This document shows, piece by piece, positions 16,815-26,682 of a stretch of DNA of 50,939 nt (position 1 is the stretch's first letter; each line of letters begins with the position of its first letter). Below the pieces are notes generated by a model. The model saw nothing but the letters and a program-made list of their open reading frames with translations, searched no databases and was not told where the DNA came from. The stretch is from a bacterium (GTDB taxonomy: Bacteria; UBP18; UBA7526), in NCBI GenBank assembly GCA_030615855.1, contig JAUWYL010000007.1, positions 1 through 50,939 of the forward strand. Reading direction: 5' to 3'. The translations under genes were made by a program, and so were the position numbers.

Positions 16815-18515
16815 CTATTCTATGTCTGCCTGGGTTACCCTCAATACCTCATCAATGGTGGTCTGGCCCATGGCTACCTTCAGGAAGCCATCCTCCCTCA
16901 TGGTCCTCATCCCTTCCTCCCTGGCTCTTGCCTTGACCACAGTGGACGGGGCCTTCTCCAGGATAAGGTCCCTTATCCTATCAGTGATGGGCATGACCTC
17001 GAAGATTCCGTTCCTTCCCCGATAGCCGGTACGGGCGCAGGCCATACATCCCTTCCCTCTATATAACTTTCCTTCCTTCAAATCTTCCTTCTTCTTATTT
17101 AAGAGAAGTAGGTCTTTGGTGCTCGGCTCATAGGCCTCCCGACACTCAGGACAGATGGTCCTCACCAATCTCTGGGCCATGACCCCGGCCACACTGGAGG
17201 CGACCAGGAAGGGCTTTACCCCCATATCTACCAGCCTGGTGACGGCAGAAGGGGCATCGTTGGTATGTAAAGTAGAGAAGACCAGGTGTCCGGTTAGAGA
17301 GGCCCGGATGGCGATCTCTGCCGTCTCCACATCCCTTATCTCACCGATCATGATGATGTTCGGTGCCTGGCGCAGGATGGAGCGCAGGCATCTGGCGAAG
17401 GTGAGACCGATCTTGGGCCTCACCTGGGTCTGGTTTATCCCAGAGACGTGGTACTCTACTGGATCCTCTACAGTAATGAGCTTGACGTCTGCGGTATTGA
17501 TCTTATTGAGTGCCGCATATAGGGTGGTTGTCTTTCCACTCCCCGTAGGGCCGGTAACAAGTATGATTCCATTGGGCCTCCTGATCAGGGAATCAAAGAG
17601 CTCCTCATAGTCGGATAAGAAGCCCACCTCCCTCAGGCCAAGCATGACGGAGGACTTATCCAGGATCCTCATGACGATGCTCTCCCCGAAGAGAGAGGGA
17701 AAGGAAGAGACCCTCAGGTCAATGTCTCGGCCCAGCATCTTAAGCATGATTCTTCCATCCTGGGGAAGCCTTCTCTCGGCGATATTCATTCCGGCCATGA
17801 TCTTTATCCTGGAGAGCATGGGGGCCTGGAAGCGCTTTGGGGGAGGGGTCTTCTCGTGCAATACCCCATCTATCCTATATCTTATTTTGAATGTTTTCTC
17901 GAAGGGCTCTAAGTGGATGTCGCTTGCCCTTTCCTTCAGGGCCTGTAGAATAATGAGACTGACCAGTTTTATGATGGGGGCTTCATCCGCGATCTCTTCT
18001 AATTCTTCTGCTCCTTCCTCCTCGTGTATTACCTCTAACTCTTCCATGCCAGCCACCATCTCTTCTACAGACTCCTCAACCAGGCCATAATTCCTCTCAA
18101 TGGCCTTCATCACCTCATCCTCAGAAGCAACCATCCCCTTCACCTTACAGTCCAATAGAAGAGAGAGGTCATCCAAAGAACGGATATCGAAGGGATTGGC
18201 CATGGCCACGGTGAGGGTCTTCTTGGTCTTCTTTAGAGGGAGCACTCTATAGAGGTGGGCGGTCCTTGCTGAGATGGCCTTCAGGGCCTCCTCAGTGAAC
18301 TTATAATCCTCCAATTTCACCCTCTTCATCCCCATCTGAGCAGCGATGAGATCCAGGATCTGGTCCATGGTAGCTAATTTCAGGCGCACAATGACCTTCT
18401 CCAGTCTCCCCTTCTCCTTACGCTGCTCTTCTAAGGCGGTATTTAGTTGATCTTGGGTGAGGAGCCTGCTTGAGGTCAATATCCTTTCCAGGGTTCTCTG
18501 TCTCGCCTCTACCAA
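16815..18515 (-). CDS. pilB: PilB/GspE assembly ATPase (copy 1)
   Basis: ASDIHLEP, RRLPQDGR, GPTGSGKTT, CPECRE...GCMAC Zn motif. Confidence 0.92.
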   Translation of the reverse strand: MVEARQRTLERILTSSRLLTQDQLNTALEEQRKEKGRLEKVIVRLKLATMDQILDLIAAQMGMKRVKLEDYKFTEEALKAISARTAHLYRVLPLKKTKKTLTVAMANPFDIRSLDDLSLLLDCKVKGMVASEDEVMKAIERNYGLVEESVEEMVAGMEELEVIHEEEGAEELEEIADEAPIIKLVSLIILQALKERASDIHLEPFEKTFKIRYRIDGVLHEKTPPPKRFQAPMLSRIKIMAGMNIAERRLPQDGRIMLKMLGRDIDLRVSSFPSLFGESIVMRILDKSSVMLGLREVGFLSDYEELFDSLIRRPNGIILVTGPTGSGKTTTLYAALNKINTADVKLITVEDPVEYHVSGINQTQVRPKIGLTFARCLRSILRQAPNIIMIGEIRDVETAEIAIRASLTGHLVFSTLHTNDAPSAVTRLVDMGVKPFLVASSVAGVMAQRLVRTICPECREAYEPSTKDLLLLNKKKEDLKEGKLYRGKGCMACARTGYRGRNGIFEVMPITDRIRDLILEKAPSTVVKARAREEGMRTMREDGFLKVAMGQTTIDEVLRVTQADIE

Positions 18516-18539
18516 CTGACCACTCCTTAAAATTTGAAT

Positions 18540-18690
18540 CAGTTAACAAGTTGACTAGTTAATAAGTTAATAAGGAAAATAGTTGGATTACACCCCTATT
18601 CCAACTAATTCACCAATTTCCTAATATACTAAACCAGTCCAACCAATCTACCTATTTCACTAACTTGTATCCTTGTACCTTGCCAACTTT
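18540..18690. repeat. Octamer hairpin element (aacaagtt / aacttgt family) in the pilB leader
   Basis: gttaacaa-gttgacta-gttaataa-gttaataa ... aacttgta-ccttgta-ccttgcc. Confidence 0.7.
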
Positions 18691-18696
18691 CCTTTT

Positions 18697-18725
18697 ATAT
18701 TATCATATTTATTTAGATTTGTCAA
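18697..18725 (-). promoter_or_regulatory. Sigma70-type promoter for the pilB-pilT-pilB-pilC operon
   Basis: TTGACA (18725-18720), 17-bp spacer, extended -10 TGA-TAATAT (18702-18697). Confidence 0.7.
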
Positions 18726-18869
18726 ATGTGAACGTAGCGATGCTATTAGCTGCGGGATCTTTTTAGTAGTCTCTCCTGGAGCCTTTTGATCTTCTCTTTC
18801 TGGTGGAACCTGCGATTAGCGACCAGCCCGCCGAAGGCGAGGTCTCGCCCCTTTGGGGCGGACGATATG

Positions 18870-19520
18870 CTATCCCCTGCTTTCTTTATTTATGGCCTCT
18901 AAGGCCTCGGCTGCCTTCTCCACCTCTGGCTCCAGTTTCGCCCTTCCTGTCTCTCGGCTATCGATGACTATTAGGGGAAGGGGAGAGGCCCCCTTAAGCC
19001 TCTCTTCAGACTCCAAGAGGAGTTCTTCGAAGTCGTCCTCTTTATAATAGGATTCCATGAGATCGGGAGGGACGATATGACTGTCCAGGTCCTCTCCCCC
19101 CTTCTCCTGAAACCTCTTGACATTCCTCTGATAACAGACCTGATAGGGAGCGAAGATATAGAAGATGAGGGATTTTTCCAAAACCTCTGGAGTGAAATTA
19201 TTTAAGGCCTGAAGGTAGTTATTCCGGGCAAACTCAACGAAGATCATCCTATTCTCTTTCTCTAATCTCTTCATCCTTTCATTCACTACCTTCAATACCT
19301 CATCCACAATGCTCCAGTCAGTGACCTCAAAGCCTCCGGCCTTCCTCCTGTGTCTCTTGAAATGGACATCCTTATCAAAGAGTTCTTTTAAGATAGGAAA
19401 GTCATCTATCCTCATAAACTCCTTGGCCAGCTCTCGTTCTTTTAACTTCTCAGTGAGCATCTCATAGATGACGCTCTTCCCGCATCCTGGACGGCCTAAG
19501 AGAAAGATGAATGAATACAA
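18870..19520 (-). CDS. P-loop NTPase, nucleoside/nucleotide-kinase-like
   Basis: FIFLLGRPGCGKS Walker A at the N-terminus and a kinase-like lid (CYQRNVKR). Probable TTG start at 19520. Confidence 0.6.
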   Translation of the reverse strand: MYSFIFLLGRPGCGKSVIYEMLTEKLKERELAKEFMRIDDFPILKELFDKDVHFKRHRRKAGGFEVTDWSIVDEVLKVVNERMKRLEKENRMIFVEFARNNYLQALNNFTPEVLEKSLIFYIFAPYQVCYQRNVKRFQEKGGEDLDSHIVPPDLMESYYKEDDFEELLLESEERLKGASPLPLIVIDSRETGRAKLEPEVEKAAEALEAINKESRG

Positions 19521-19548
19521 AATAAGCCTCACTTCGTTCGGCAATTTC

Positions 19549-19642
19549 CACAGATTAGCACGGATTGACCAAACTGATTAGCACGGATTTAGTGATGAGA
19601 ATCAGTGCTAATCCGTATCTTTTAATCTGTGCCCATCCGTGT
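19549..19642. mobile_element. 94-bp MITE-like hairpin element, copy A
   Basis: Differs from 49358-49451 at 3 of 94 positions by manual alignment. Confidence 0.75.
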
Positions 19643-19665
19643 AATTACTCAAGTTTTAATACAAT

Positions 19666-20265
19666 TTAGTAGTCATACTTCTTCCTGAACTTTACTTCTT
19701 TGAATCTCTCTGCCCCCAGTTCCGAGAGTTTATAACCCCGGGCCATCTTGAAGAAGAGTTTCCCGGTGCAGATACAATCGATCCAGGACTTATGCCTTCC
19801 AAAGGGCCTCTTTATTCTGAATTCTCTCATCATATCCTCTAAATGAAGATTTCTCTTCTTGAAGAGCATGCCCCCCATCTTTGCCGTATCGCAGACCCAG
19901 TTATTGGGCACGGGAAGTTTACACTCTCTTATCACCGCTCGTATGAAATCGATATCAAATCCCGCCCGATGGACGACCAGGATGCTCCCCTTTATAAAAT
20001 TTAAAAATTCGGGGAGGACCTCTTCTATGGGAGGCTTATTCTTCAGGGTCTCAGGATTTATCTTATTCACGGCCAAGGCCTGGGGATCGAAATAATCTGT
20101 CTTGGGCCTGATGCGCTTAAAGAACCTTTCCAGGATTTTAGCCTTTCCATTCTTATAGGAATACTTTACTGCTCCCAGCTCGATGATCTCTCCTCCATCC
20201 TTCCTTCTTCCTGTGGTCTCAGTATCGATGACACAGACGATCTTCTCTTTCGTTTTCTTAGTCAT
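19666..20265 (-). CDS. DEDDh 3'-5' exonuclease (DnaQ/PolC-like)
   Basis: ExoI IDTETTG, EIIELGAVK, ExoII HRAGFDIDF, ExoIII HKSWID. Start moved to ATG 20265. Confidence 0.85.
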   Translation of the reverse strand: MTKKTKEKIVCVIDTETTGRRKDGGEIIELGAVKYSYKNGKAKILERFFKRIRPKTDYFDPQALAVNKINPETLKNKPPIEEVLPEFLNFIKGSILVVHRAGFDIDFIRAVIRECKLPVPNNWVCDTAKMGGMLFKKRNLHLEDMMREFRIKRPFGRHKSWIDCICTGKLFFKMARGYKLSELGAERFKEVKFRKKYDY

Positions 20266-20282
20266 AGCCGCCCCTGTCGGGG

Positions 20283-20622
20283 AAATCCCAAATTCCAAGC
20301 ACCAAATTCCAAACAAATTTCAATTATCAGACACCAAGATACAAGAGACAATAACCCAAAAAGCATATCAGGATACCAATAGGAAGGGGATCAGGGCATC
20401 AGGATATCAGGTGGAAAATTCACCTGATCTGATAACCTGGTACTCTGATATTCTGCCTACTGATCTTCTGGTACTCTGATATTCTATCCACTGATTTACT
20501 TATTTTTGGTGATTTGGTCATTGTATATTGTTTGCCCTGCGAAATTCGGAGAATTTCCAGGATTAAGTCCCCGCAATCTTTTTAGATTGCAGGGGATGAT
20601 TTGTTATTTGTAATTTGGATAA
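20283..20622. repeat. Multiply nested hairpin repeat region
   Basis: Outer aaattcc / atttgg 7-mers, inner atcagg / ctgata 8-mers, plus short palindromes at 20537-20560 and 20568-20596. Confidence 0.75.
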
Positions 20623-20623
20623 T

Positions 20624-21607
20624 TTAGCCCACTTCTTTAATTATGCTTCTGACGTAGGCCGTTTCCTCTTCCAGAATCTTTCTCTTATCCTTCACCTGAT
20701 CCAGATACTTATAGGCCGTCTCCAGAACAATGAGTTCTGGCTCCAATTTCTTTACGATCTCAAAATAATTCTTAAGGTTCTTTCTTTTTAAGGGACCAGT
20801 CTCCAGATGGAGAGGAGGATGAAAGGTCTTCTCCCCGGGAACATAGTCATTGAGATGGAGCTCTTTTACCAGATCTTTAGGGATTCTTTCCATTATTCTT
20901 TCCGGTTCATCAGGGATATCTTTTCCGCAGTCTGCCCTGGTAAACCAGTGGCCAATGTCGAAGTTGAAGTAGACCTCTGTCCCCATCCTCCTTGCCTCTT
21001 CAACTACCTCAATGCAATCCTCTGGTTCAACGAAGATGTTATCAAAGGCGACATTATTCTCTAAATGGAGAAGCAAGCCCCTCTCTTGGGCATAACCTCC
21101 CAATTCTACTAAAGTCTTGACCAAGGCCTCTTTCAACTTTCTGAGGTAGAGTTTAGAGACCATATAGAAGGGAGCACTCCCCGGATGCATGATGAGATAC
21201 CTTGCTCCGATATCAGAAGCAAAATCAATGTATACCTTCTGTAGTTCCACCGCTTTTCTTCTATCCAGCTCCTGGAGACTGCAGACGCTCGAGCCAACAT
21301 TAGAATAGGAGAGATGCAAGGATAGAGAGACGCCCTCTTTTTCTGCCTTCTCTCTTACTCTCTTTCTCTCCTCTTTGCTAAAATCTGGATAGGGGTTAGG
21401 GACATCGCCATCGAGTTCCACATGACCCAGACCAAACTCCTTGGCCAATTTAATCTGGAAGAGGATATCCTTCTTAAACTTAACCAACCCCAAGGCATTC
21501 ATACTAAAGAGGTCATACTCTCCGCTCAGGACCTTCTTCTTTTCCTCTTTACTCAGTTTATCCAAGACAAAGGTGTTGGTAAAATTTCGACCTAACTTAA
21601 TCATCAT
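20624..21607 (-). CDS. Xylose-isomerase / AP-endonuclease-2 TIM-barrel metalloenzyme
   Basis: SLHLSY, MHPG, LENN, FDIGH, LHLND...H and LE metal-ligand pattern. Confidence 0.8.
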   Translation of the reverse strand: MMIKLGRNFTNTFVLDKLSKEEKKKVLSGEYDLFSMNALGLVKFKKDILFQIKLAKEFGLGHVELDGDVPNPYPDFSKEERKRVREKAEKEGVSLSLHLSYSNVGSSVCSLQELDRRKAVELQKVYIDFASDIGARYLIMHPGSAPFYMVSKLYLRKLKEALVKTLVELGGYAQERGLLLHLENNVAFDNIFVEPEDCIEVVEEARRMGTEVYFNFDIGHWFTRADCGKDIPDEPERIMERIPKDLVKELHLNDYVPGEKTFHPPLHLETGPLKRKNLKNYFEIVKKLEPELIVLETAYKYLDQVKDKRKILEEETAYVRSIIKEVG

Positions 21608-21625
21608 TACTCCTCCCTCTAAGAG

Positions 21626-21745
21626 TGGTTTACGGTTAACAGTGTACGGTTTACGGTAAACTGTAAACAGCCCGAAGGGCGGGCAAATTGATTAGTAGTT
21701 ATTCATCAGCGGGGCAAGTAAAACGCACCGCTCAACCGTAAACGA
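21626..21745. repeat. Heptamer hairpin element (GGTTTAC / GTAAAC family)
   Basis: ggtttac-ggttaac-agtgtac-ggtttac-ggtaaac; a second copy at about 38666-38701. Confidence 0.8.
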
Positions 21746-21751
21746 TGTTTT

Positions 21752-23080
21752 TTAGAGTTCTTCCACTCCTTTCTTCGTCACCCGGGCATAGAAGAACTTG
21801 GGCTTCTCAACCTTCTCTTTTCCTATCGTATAACTTGTTAAGAACTTCTCCTTTGCGTTCTCTATCTTTTTCCTATCGCCATCGGTATGGAAGATGGCTA
21901 AGGGTTCGCCCTCCTTTACCTCATCGCCTATCTTCTTCTTCAAGAGGACCCCTACACTGGAATCGATGACATCCTCCTTCTTCTGCCTTCCGGCACCCAA
22001 GACCTGGGAACTTACTCCCACGGAGAAGGCATCTATCTTCTGGACATATCCTTCTCCTAGACTCTCTACCTCTATCCTTTCTTTGCACTGGGGAAGGAGA
22101 GAAGGATCATCGATTGCCTTTGGATCCCCTCCCTGAGCCTTGACCATCTCCTTCAGTTTCTCCAGGCCCTTTCTATTCTCGATTACTTCCCTCAACCTTT
22201 CCCTGGCTTCCTTCAGATTCCTCACCACCTCAGAGATTAGGAGCATGTTCGCTCCCAATTCAATACATAACTCTTCTAAATCCTTAGGGCCTTCTCCTTT
22301 CAGAGTATCTATGGCTTCTTTGACTTCAATGGCATTCCCTATAGCATAACCCAAGGGCTCCTCCATACTGGTAATGAGAGCCACCATCCTCTTTCCCGCT
22401 CCCTTACCAATGGCGACCATGGCCTTTGCTAAGGCTAAGGCATCCTCATACTTCACCATGAAGGCCCCGGAACCGGTCTTGACATCCAGGACAATCCCAT
22501 CTGACCCGGCAGCCAGCTTCTTGCTCAGGATGCTTCCTGCAATTAGAGGGATGGAGTCCACAGTCGCCGTAACATCCCTCAGGGCATAGATCCTCTTATC
22601 TGCGGGTGCCAATTCCTTTGTCTGACCCATTAAAGCCAGACCAATCCTATTCACACTCTCGGTAAACTCTTCCATGGTAAGGGAAGTCTTGAATCCTGGG
22701 ATGGATTCCAACTTATCTATTGTTCCTCCGGTATGGCCCAGACCCCTTCCGGTCATCTTGGCTACCTTTCCTCCGGCAGCAGCAACTATAGGACCAAGCA
22801 CCAGGGTCGTGGTATCCCCTACTCCCCCTGTGGAGTGCTTATCGACCTTGAATCCCTTTATCCCTGAGAGGTCTACCCTATCGCCAGAGTTTACCATGGC
22901 CATGGTGAGATCCGTTGCCTCCTCTGGAGACATCCCCTGGAAGTAGACCGCCATCAGGAAGGCTGCCATCTGGTAATCGGGGATCTGATCTTTACAGTAA
23001 CCCTCGATCATGAAATTAATCTCTTCTCTACTTAATCTCTCTCCATTCCTCTTCTTTAAAATAAGATCATAGACCCTCAT
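21752..23080 (-). CDS. pdp: Pyrimidine-nucleoside phosphorylase
   Basis: DKHSTGGVGD, KMTGRGLGHTGGTIDKLESIPG, YALRDVTATV. Start moved to ATG 23080. Confidence 0.95.
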   Translation of the reverse strand: MRVYDLILKKRNGERLSREEINFMIEGYCKDQIPDYQMAAFLMAVYFQGMSPEEATDLTMAMVNSGDRVDLSGIKGFKVDKHSTGGVGDTTTLVLGPIVAAAGGKVAKMTGRGLGHTGGTIDKLESIPGFKTSLTMEEFTESVNRIGLALMGQTKELAPADKRIYALRDVTATVDSIPLIAGSILSKKLAAGSDGIVLDVKTGSGAFMVKYEDALALAKAMVAIGKGAGKRMVALITSMEEPLGYAIGNAIEVKEAIDTLKGEGPKDLEELCIELGANMLLISEVVRNLKEARERLREVIENRKGLEKLKEMVKAQGGDPKAIDDPSLLPQCKERIEVESLGEGYVQKIDAFSVGVSSQVLGAGRQKKEDVIDSSVGVLLKKKIGDEVKEGEPLAIFHTDGDRKKIENAKEKFLTSYTIGKEKVEKPKFFYARVTKKGVEEL

Positions 23081-23094
23081 TTTATCTCCTAATA

Positions 23095-23335
23095 AACATA
23101 GTTGACAAGTTAATAAGTCAATAAGTTGATAAGTGAATAAAAAAAACATTTGATTAGGGTTAAGGTTAGGTTGTTAGTTTGATTGTTAGGTTAGGTAGTT
23201 GGTCTTTAAACACCTAACTCTTACCTAACTATCAAACCCCTGTCTGCCGACAGGCAGGCACTACTTTGCCCTAACCCAACTACCAACGACTTTGGACAAT
23301 CTTGTCAACTTGTTCCCTTGTCAACTTGTTAACTG
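23095..23335. repeat. Nested hairpin repeat region with a CCTGTCTGCCGACAGGCAGG palindrome
   Basis: Outer gttgacaa / ttgtcaac arms, inner gttag / ctaac arms, palindrome at 23239-23258. Confidence 0.75.
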
Positions 23336-24121
23336 TATTTTAGTGATGATTTCTCTCACTAACTTCTTAAATTTGGTTTCTACTTTCTTGGTGGTCTCAA
23401 TCACTTCTTTATGAGAGAGGGGTTTCTTTAGGATTCCGGCGGCCATATTGGTGATGCAGGAGATGCCCAGGACCCTCATCCCCAGACTTTTGGCAACGAT
23501 GACCTCAGGAACGGTGGACATCCCTACGGCATCTGCCCCCAATTTCTCAAAGGCCTTGATCTCTGAGGGGGTCTCATAGTTCGGACCAGGGACCGCGATA
23601 TAGACTCCCTTCTTAATCTCGATTCCTTGATCCTTGGCTATCCGCTCTGTTAGTTCTATCAGGTTCTTATCATAGGTGAAGGTCATATCAATGAATTTTC
23701 TTCTTCCTCTCAAGGGATTCCCTCCCATAAAATTAATATGATCAGTAATAAGCATTAAATCTCCGGGTTTGAAGTCTTTATTTATTCCTCCGCCAGCATT
23801 GGTTACCATCAAGATTGCTGCTCCCAGTTCCTTCATCACCCTAACGGGATAGGTAATCTCCTCCAGAGAATAGCCTTCATAATAATGGCATCTCCCCTGC
23901 ATGGCCACCACCTTCTTCCCTTCCAGTTCTCCCATGACCAGATTCCCCTTATGCCCGGGAACCTTCGGTACTGGAAAGTGAGGAATCTCCTCATAGGGTA
24001 TGCTAACCCCTTCTATCTCATCCGCCAATGAGCCCAGGCCAGAACCCAAAATCAATGCAACTCTCGGTTTTAGATCCGTCTTCCCCCGAATAAATTCTAC
24101 ACTCTCCTCTATCTTTCCCAT
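23321..24121 (-). CDS. punA: Purine-nucleoside phosphorylase (trimeric, PNP I/XapA type)
   Basis: LILGSGLG, MQGRCHYYEGY, GPNYETPSE, GADAVGMSTVPE. Confidence 0.93.
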   Translation of the reverse strand: MGKIEESVEFIRGKTDLKPRVALILGSGLGSLADEIEGVSIPYEEIPHFPVPKVPGHKGNLVMGELEGKKVVAMQGRCHYYEGYSLEEITYPVRVMKELGAAILMVTNAGGGINKDFKPGDLMLITDHINFMGGNPLRGRRKFIDMTFTYDKNLIELTERIAKDQGIEIKKGVYIAVPGPNYETPSEIKAFEKLGADAVGMSTVPEVIVAKSLGMRVLGISCITNMAAGILKKPLSHKEVIETTKKVETKFKKLVREIITKIQLTS

Positions 24122-24142
24122 ACTTTCTCTCCTTCATTCAAG

Positions 24143-24306
24143 GGTTAGCAATAAAAAGTTACTAACGGTTACTAATCCCGCCTGCCGGGCAGGATAGAGG
24201 TTACTAACAGTTACTAATGGTTACCGACACAATTACTAAAATTACTAAAAAGCAACTGATAGTAACCTATAGTAACAGCGAAGCGTAGTAACTGATAGTA
24301 ACTGTT
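24143..24306. repeat. Decamer hairpin element (GGTTACTAAC / GTAAC family)
   Basis: gttactaacg-gttactaat ... gatagtaact repeats with an inserted cccgcctgccgggcagg palindrome. Confidence 0.75.
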
Positions 24307-24335
24307 TTACGCCTTACTTCACCCTTGTCTTTCAG

Positions 24336-25376
24336 TTAGTCTATCCCTAACTCCTGGAACTCCTTCTCAAATTCCCTCTTCAGGTCCGCTCTCTCTTTTT
24401 CAGTAGTAAAGGCGTGCTCTATGCCATTCAAGGTTATTTTTTTGATATCCTCCAAAGAGAGCTGATAGTACTCGATGGCCCTTATTATCTCGCTGGTCAG
24501 GGTGATATTGGATACGCTTCGATCGTCAGTATTTATAGTAACCGGGATTCCCAGATCATAGTATTCTCGGAAAGGATGGAGGTCGTACTCCTTGACTACC
24601 TGGGTCTGAACATTAGAGGTAAGACACATCTCTAAGGGAATCCTCTCTCTCTTTACTTTCTCTAATAGATCAGGGTCTTCTCTCAGGCGAACCCCGTGGC
24701 CGATGCGCCTGGCACCCAGGACCTCCAGGGCAAACCTTATATTCTCTGCACCTCCCGCCTCTCCCGCATGGACCGTGGCCGGGAGGTTATTTTTCTTGGC
24801 GATGAGGAAGGCCTCCTTCCTCTCTCCCACTGGGAAGTGGGCCTCATCCCCTGCCAAGTCAATCCCTGCTACTCCATTCTCTCTATATTTCAAGGCGAGA
24901 TTAACGGTCTGGATGGAGGTGATAGGAGGCTCTGAGCGATAGCAGCATAATAGAAGCAGAGTCCTTATCTTAAAATCCCTCCCTCCTCTCTTGAGCCCCT
25001 TCAGGACGCTTTTTACCACTTCTTCCATGGGGAAGCCTTCCCTCGCCTGAAGCACGGGAGCGAACCTCACCTCCATATACCTTATATTCTCTTTACTAGC
25101 ATCCTCACATAACTCATAGGAGATCCTCTCCAAGATCTCCGGGTCCTTCAGGACAGGATAGAATACCTCAAAGGCTTTAAGGAAGTCGGAGAGGCTTCGG
25201 CAATCAGGCGGGACCTGGACATATTTTGTCAATTCCTTCAAATCCTGAGTAGGGAGCCTGACCCCCATCTTATTCGCAGCGTCCCTTATGGTCCCCACCC
25301 GTACCGAGCCATCGAGATGGACGTGGAGGTCACACTTGGGAAGGCTATGGACCAGAGCGGGCGAGATTCTTCTCAT
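24336..25376 (-). CDS. add: Adenosine deaminase
   Basis: [37 protein letters not shown]. Confidence 0.93.
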   Translation of the reverse strand: MRRISPALVHSLPKCDLHVHLDGSVRVGTIRDAANKMGVRLPTQDLKELTKYVQVPPDCRSLSDFLKAFEVFYPVLKDPEILERISYELCEDASKENIRYMEVRFAPVLQAREGFPMEEVVKSVLKGLKRGGRDFKIRTLLLLCCYRSEPPITSIQTVNLALKYRENGVAGIDLAGDEAHFPVGERKEAFLIAKKNNLPATVHAGEAGGAENIRFALEVLGARRIGHGVRLREDPDLLEKVKRERIPLEMCLTSNVQTQVVKEYDLHPFREYYDLGIPVTINTDDRSVSNITLTSEIIRAIEYYQLSLEDIKKITLNGIEHAFTTEKERADLKREFEKEFQELGID

Positions 25377-26551
25377 CCCAGAATCTCCTTCTTGAAGCTC
25401 TTCCCTATTTTAAAGAGTTCAAAAGCGAATAGCTCAGCGATGGTCTGGGCGATATCGGTAAAGGTTTTTCTAATCCCTAAGTTTATGCCCCCCTTTGCCC
25501 TCTGGCCATAAACCAAGAGGGGAACATACTCCCTGGTATGGTCTGTCCCTGGGAAGGTAGGATCACAGCCATGGTCTGCGGTCAAAATTAAGAGATCATC
25601 CTCCCTGAGGTTGGCCACGATCTGAGGTAAGCGGGCATCGAAGGCCTCTAAGGCATCGGCATAACCTTCGGGATTATTCCGATGACCATACAAAGAATCG
25701 AAATCCACAAGATTAATAAAGATAAGGCCTCTGCTCTTCTCCTTCATAGCCAAAATAGTCTTATCCACCCCATCCATATTTCCTTTGGTGTGGATCTCTT
25801 CTGTCAATCCCTTACCAGCGAAGATATCTCCGATCTTTCCGATCCCGATTACCTGATAGCCCTTTTTTTTGAAACGATCGAGAAGGGTGTCCTCTGGAGG
25901 GGGAACGGACAAGTCCCTCCTCCTATCCGTTCTCACTAAGTAACCCGGTTCACCAACAAATGGCCGGGCGATGACTCTTTCCACACTATACTTCCCAGTT
26001 AACATCTTTCTTGCGATGCGGCACATCTTATATAATTCTTCTATCGGGATGACCTCTTCATGAGCGGCGATCTGAAAAACGCTATCCGCGCTAGTATAAA
26101 CAATTGGTTTCCCAGTTTCAAGATGCTCTGAGATATACTCCTCAATGATCACCGTTCCCGAGGCCTTCTTATTCCCCAGGATTCTCCTACCGATCGCCTT
26201 GGAGAAGGTCTTGATGACCTCTTCCGGAAAACCCTTAGGATAGGTGGGAAATCTCTTCCTCAGGATGAGACCCGCGATCTCCCAGTGACCAGAGGTAGTG
26301 GCCTTCTCATGGTTCAGCTCAGCCATCTTCCCGTAGGCCCCCCAAGGTTTATCTATGGGAGGAACCCCTTTGATATCTATGATGTTCCCTATCCCTAGCC
26401 ACCTCAGGTTAGGAAGGGACAATCCCCCTACCGCCTGGGCGATATGGCCCAAGGTATTGGAGCCCCGATCCCCGAACTTATGGGCATCGGGAAGTTCACC
26501 CACTCCTACGCTATCTAAGACAATCAAGACAACCCTATTAATCTTACCCAC
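25373..26551 (-). CDS. deoB: Phosphopentomutase
   Basis: [56 protein letters not shown] start at 26551 after GAGGAG. Confidence 0.95.
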   Translation of the reverse strand: MGKINRVVLIVLDSVGVGELPDAHKFGDRGSNTLGHIAQAVGGLSLPNLRWLGIGNIIDIKGVPPIDKPWGAYGKMAELNHEKATTSGHWEIAGLILRKRFPTYPKGFPEEVIKTFSKAIGRRILGNKKASGTVIIEEYISEHLETGKPIVYTSADSVFQIAAHEEVIPIEELYKMCRIARKMLTGKYSVERVIARPFVGEPGYLVRTDRRRDLSVPPPEDTLLDRFKKKGYQVIGIGKIGDIFAGKGLTEEIHTKGNMDGVDKTILAMKEKSRGLIFINLVDFDSLYGHRNNPEGYADALEAFDARLPQIVANLREDDLLILTADHGCDPTFPGTDHTREYVPLLVYGQRAKGGINLGIRKTFTDIAQTIAELFAFELFKIGKSFKKEILG

Positions 26552-26682
26552 GCTTGTCTCCTCAATGGTTAAGATAAGTCTCACTACCGTTCGACAATCT
26601 TCACAGATTAGCACAGATTAAAAGAAACAGATGATCACAGATGGAATACATAGATAACCGCAGATATCTATCTCCATCTTTT

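Noticed and set aside
18746-18826. Short open frame VANRRFHQKEKIKRLQERLLKRSRS, or a riboswitch upstream of pilB
   Set aside because: No start or RBS, it lies upstream of the predicted promoter, and no c-di-GMP riboswitch consensus is recognisable. At most a gene remnant.
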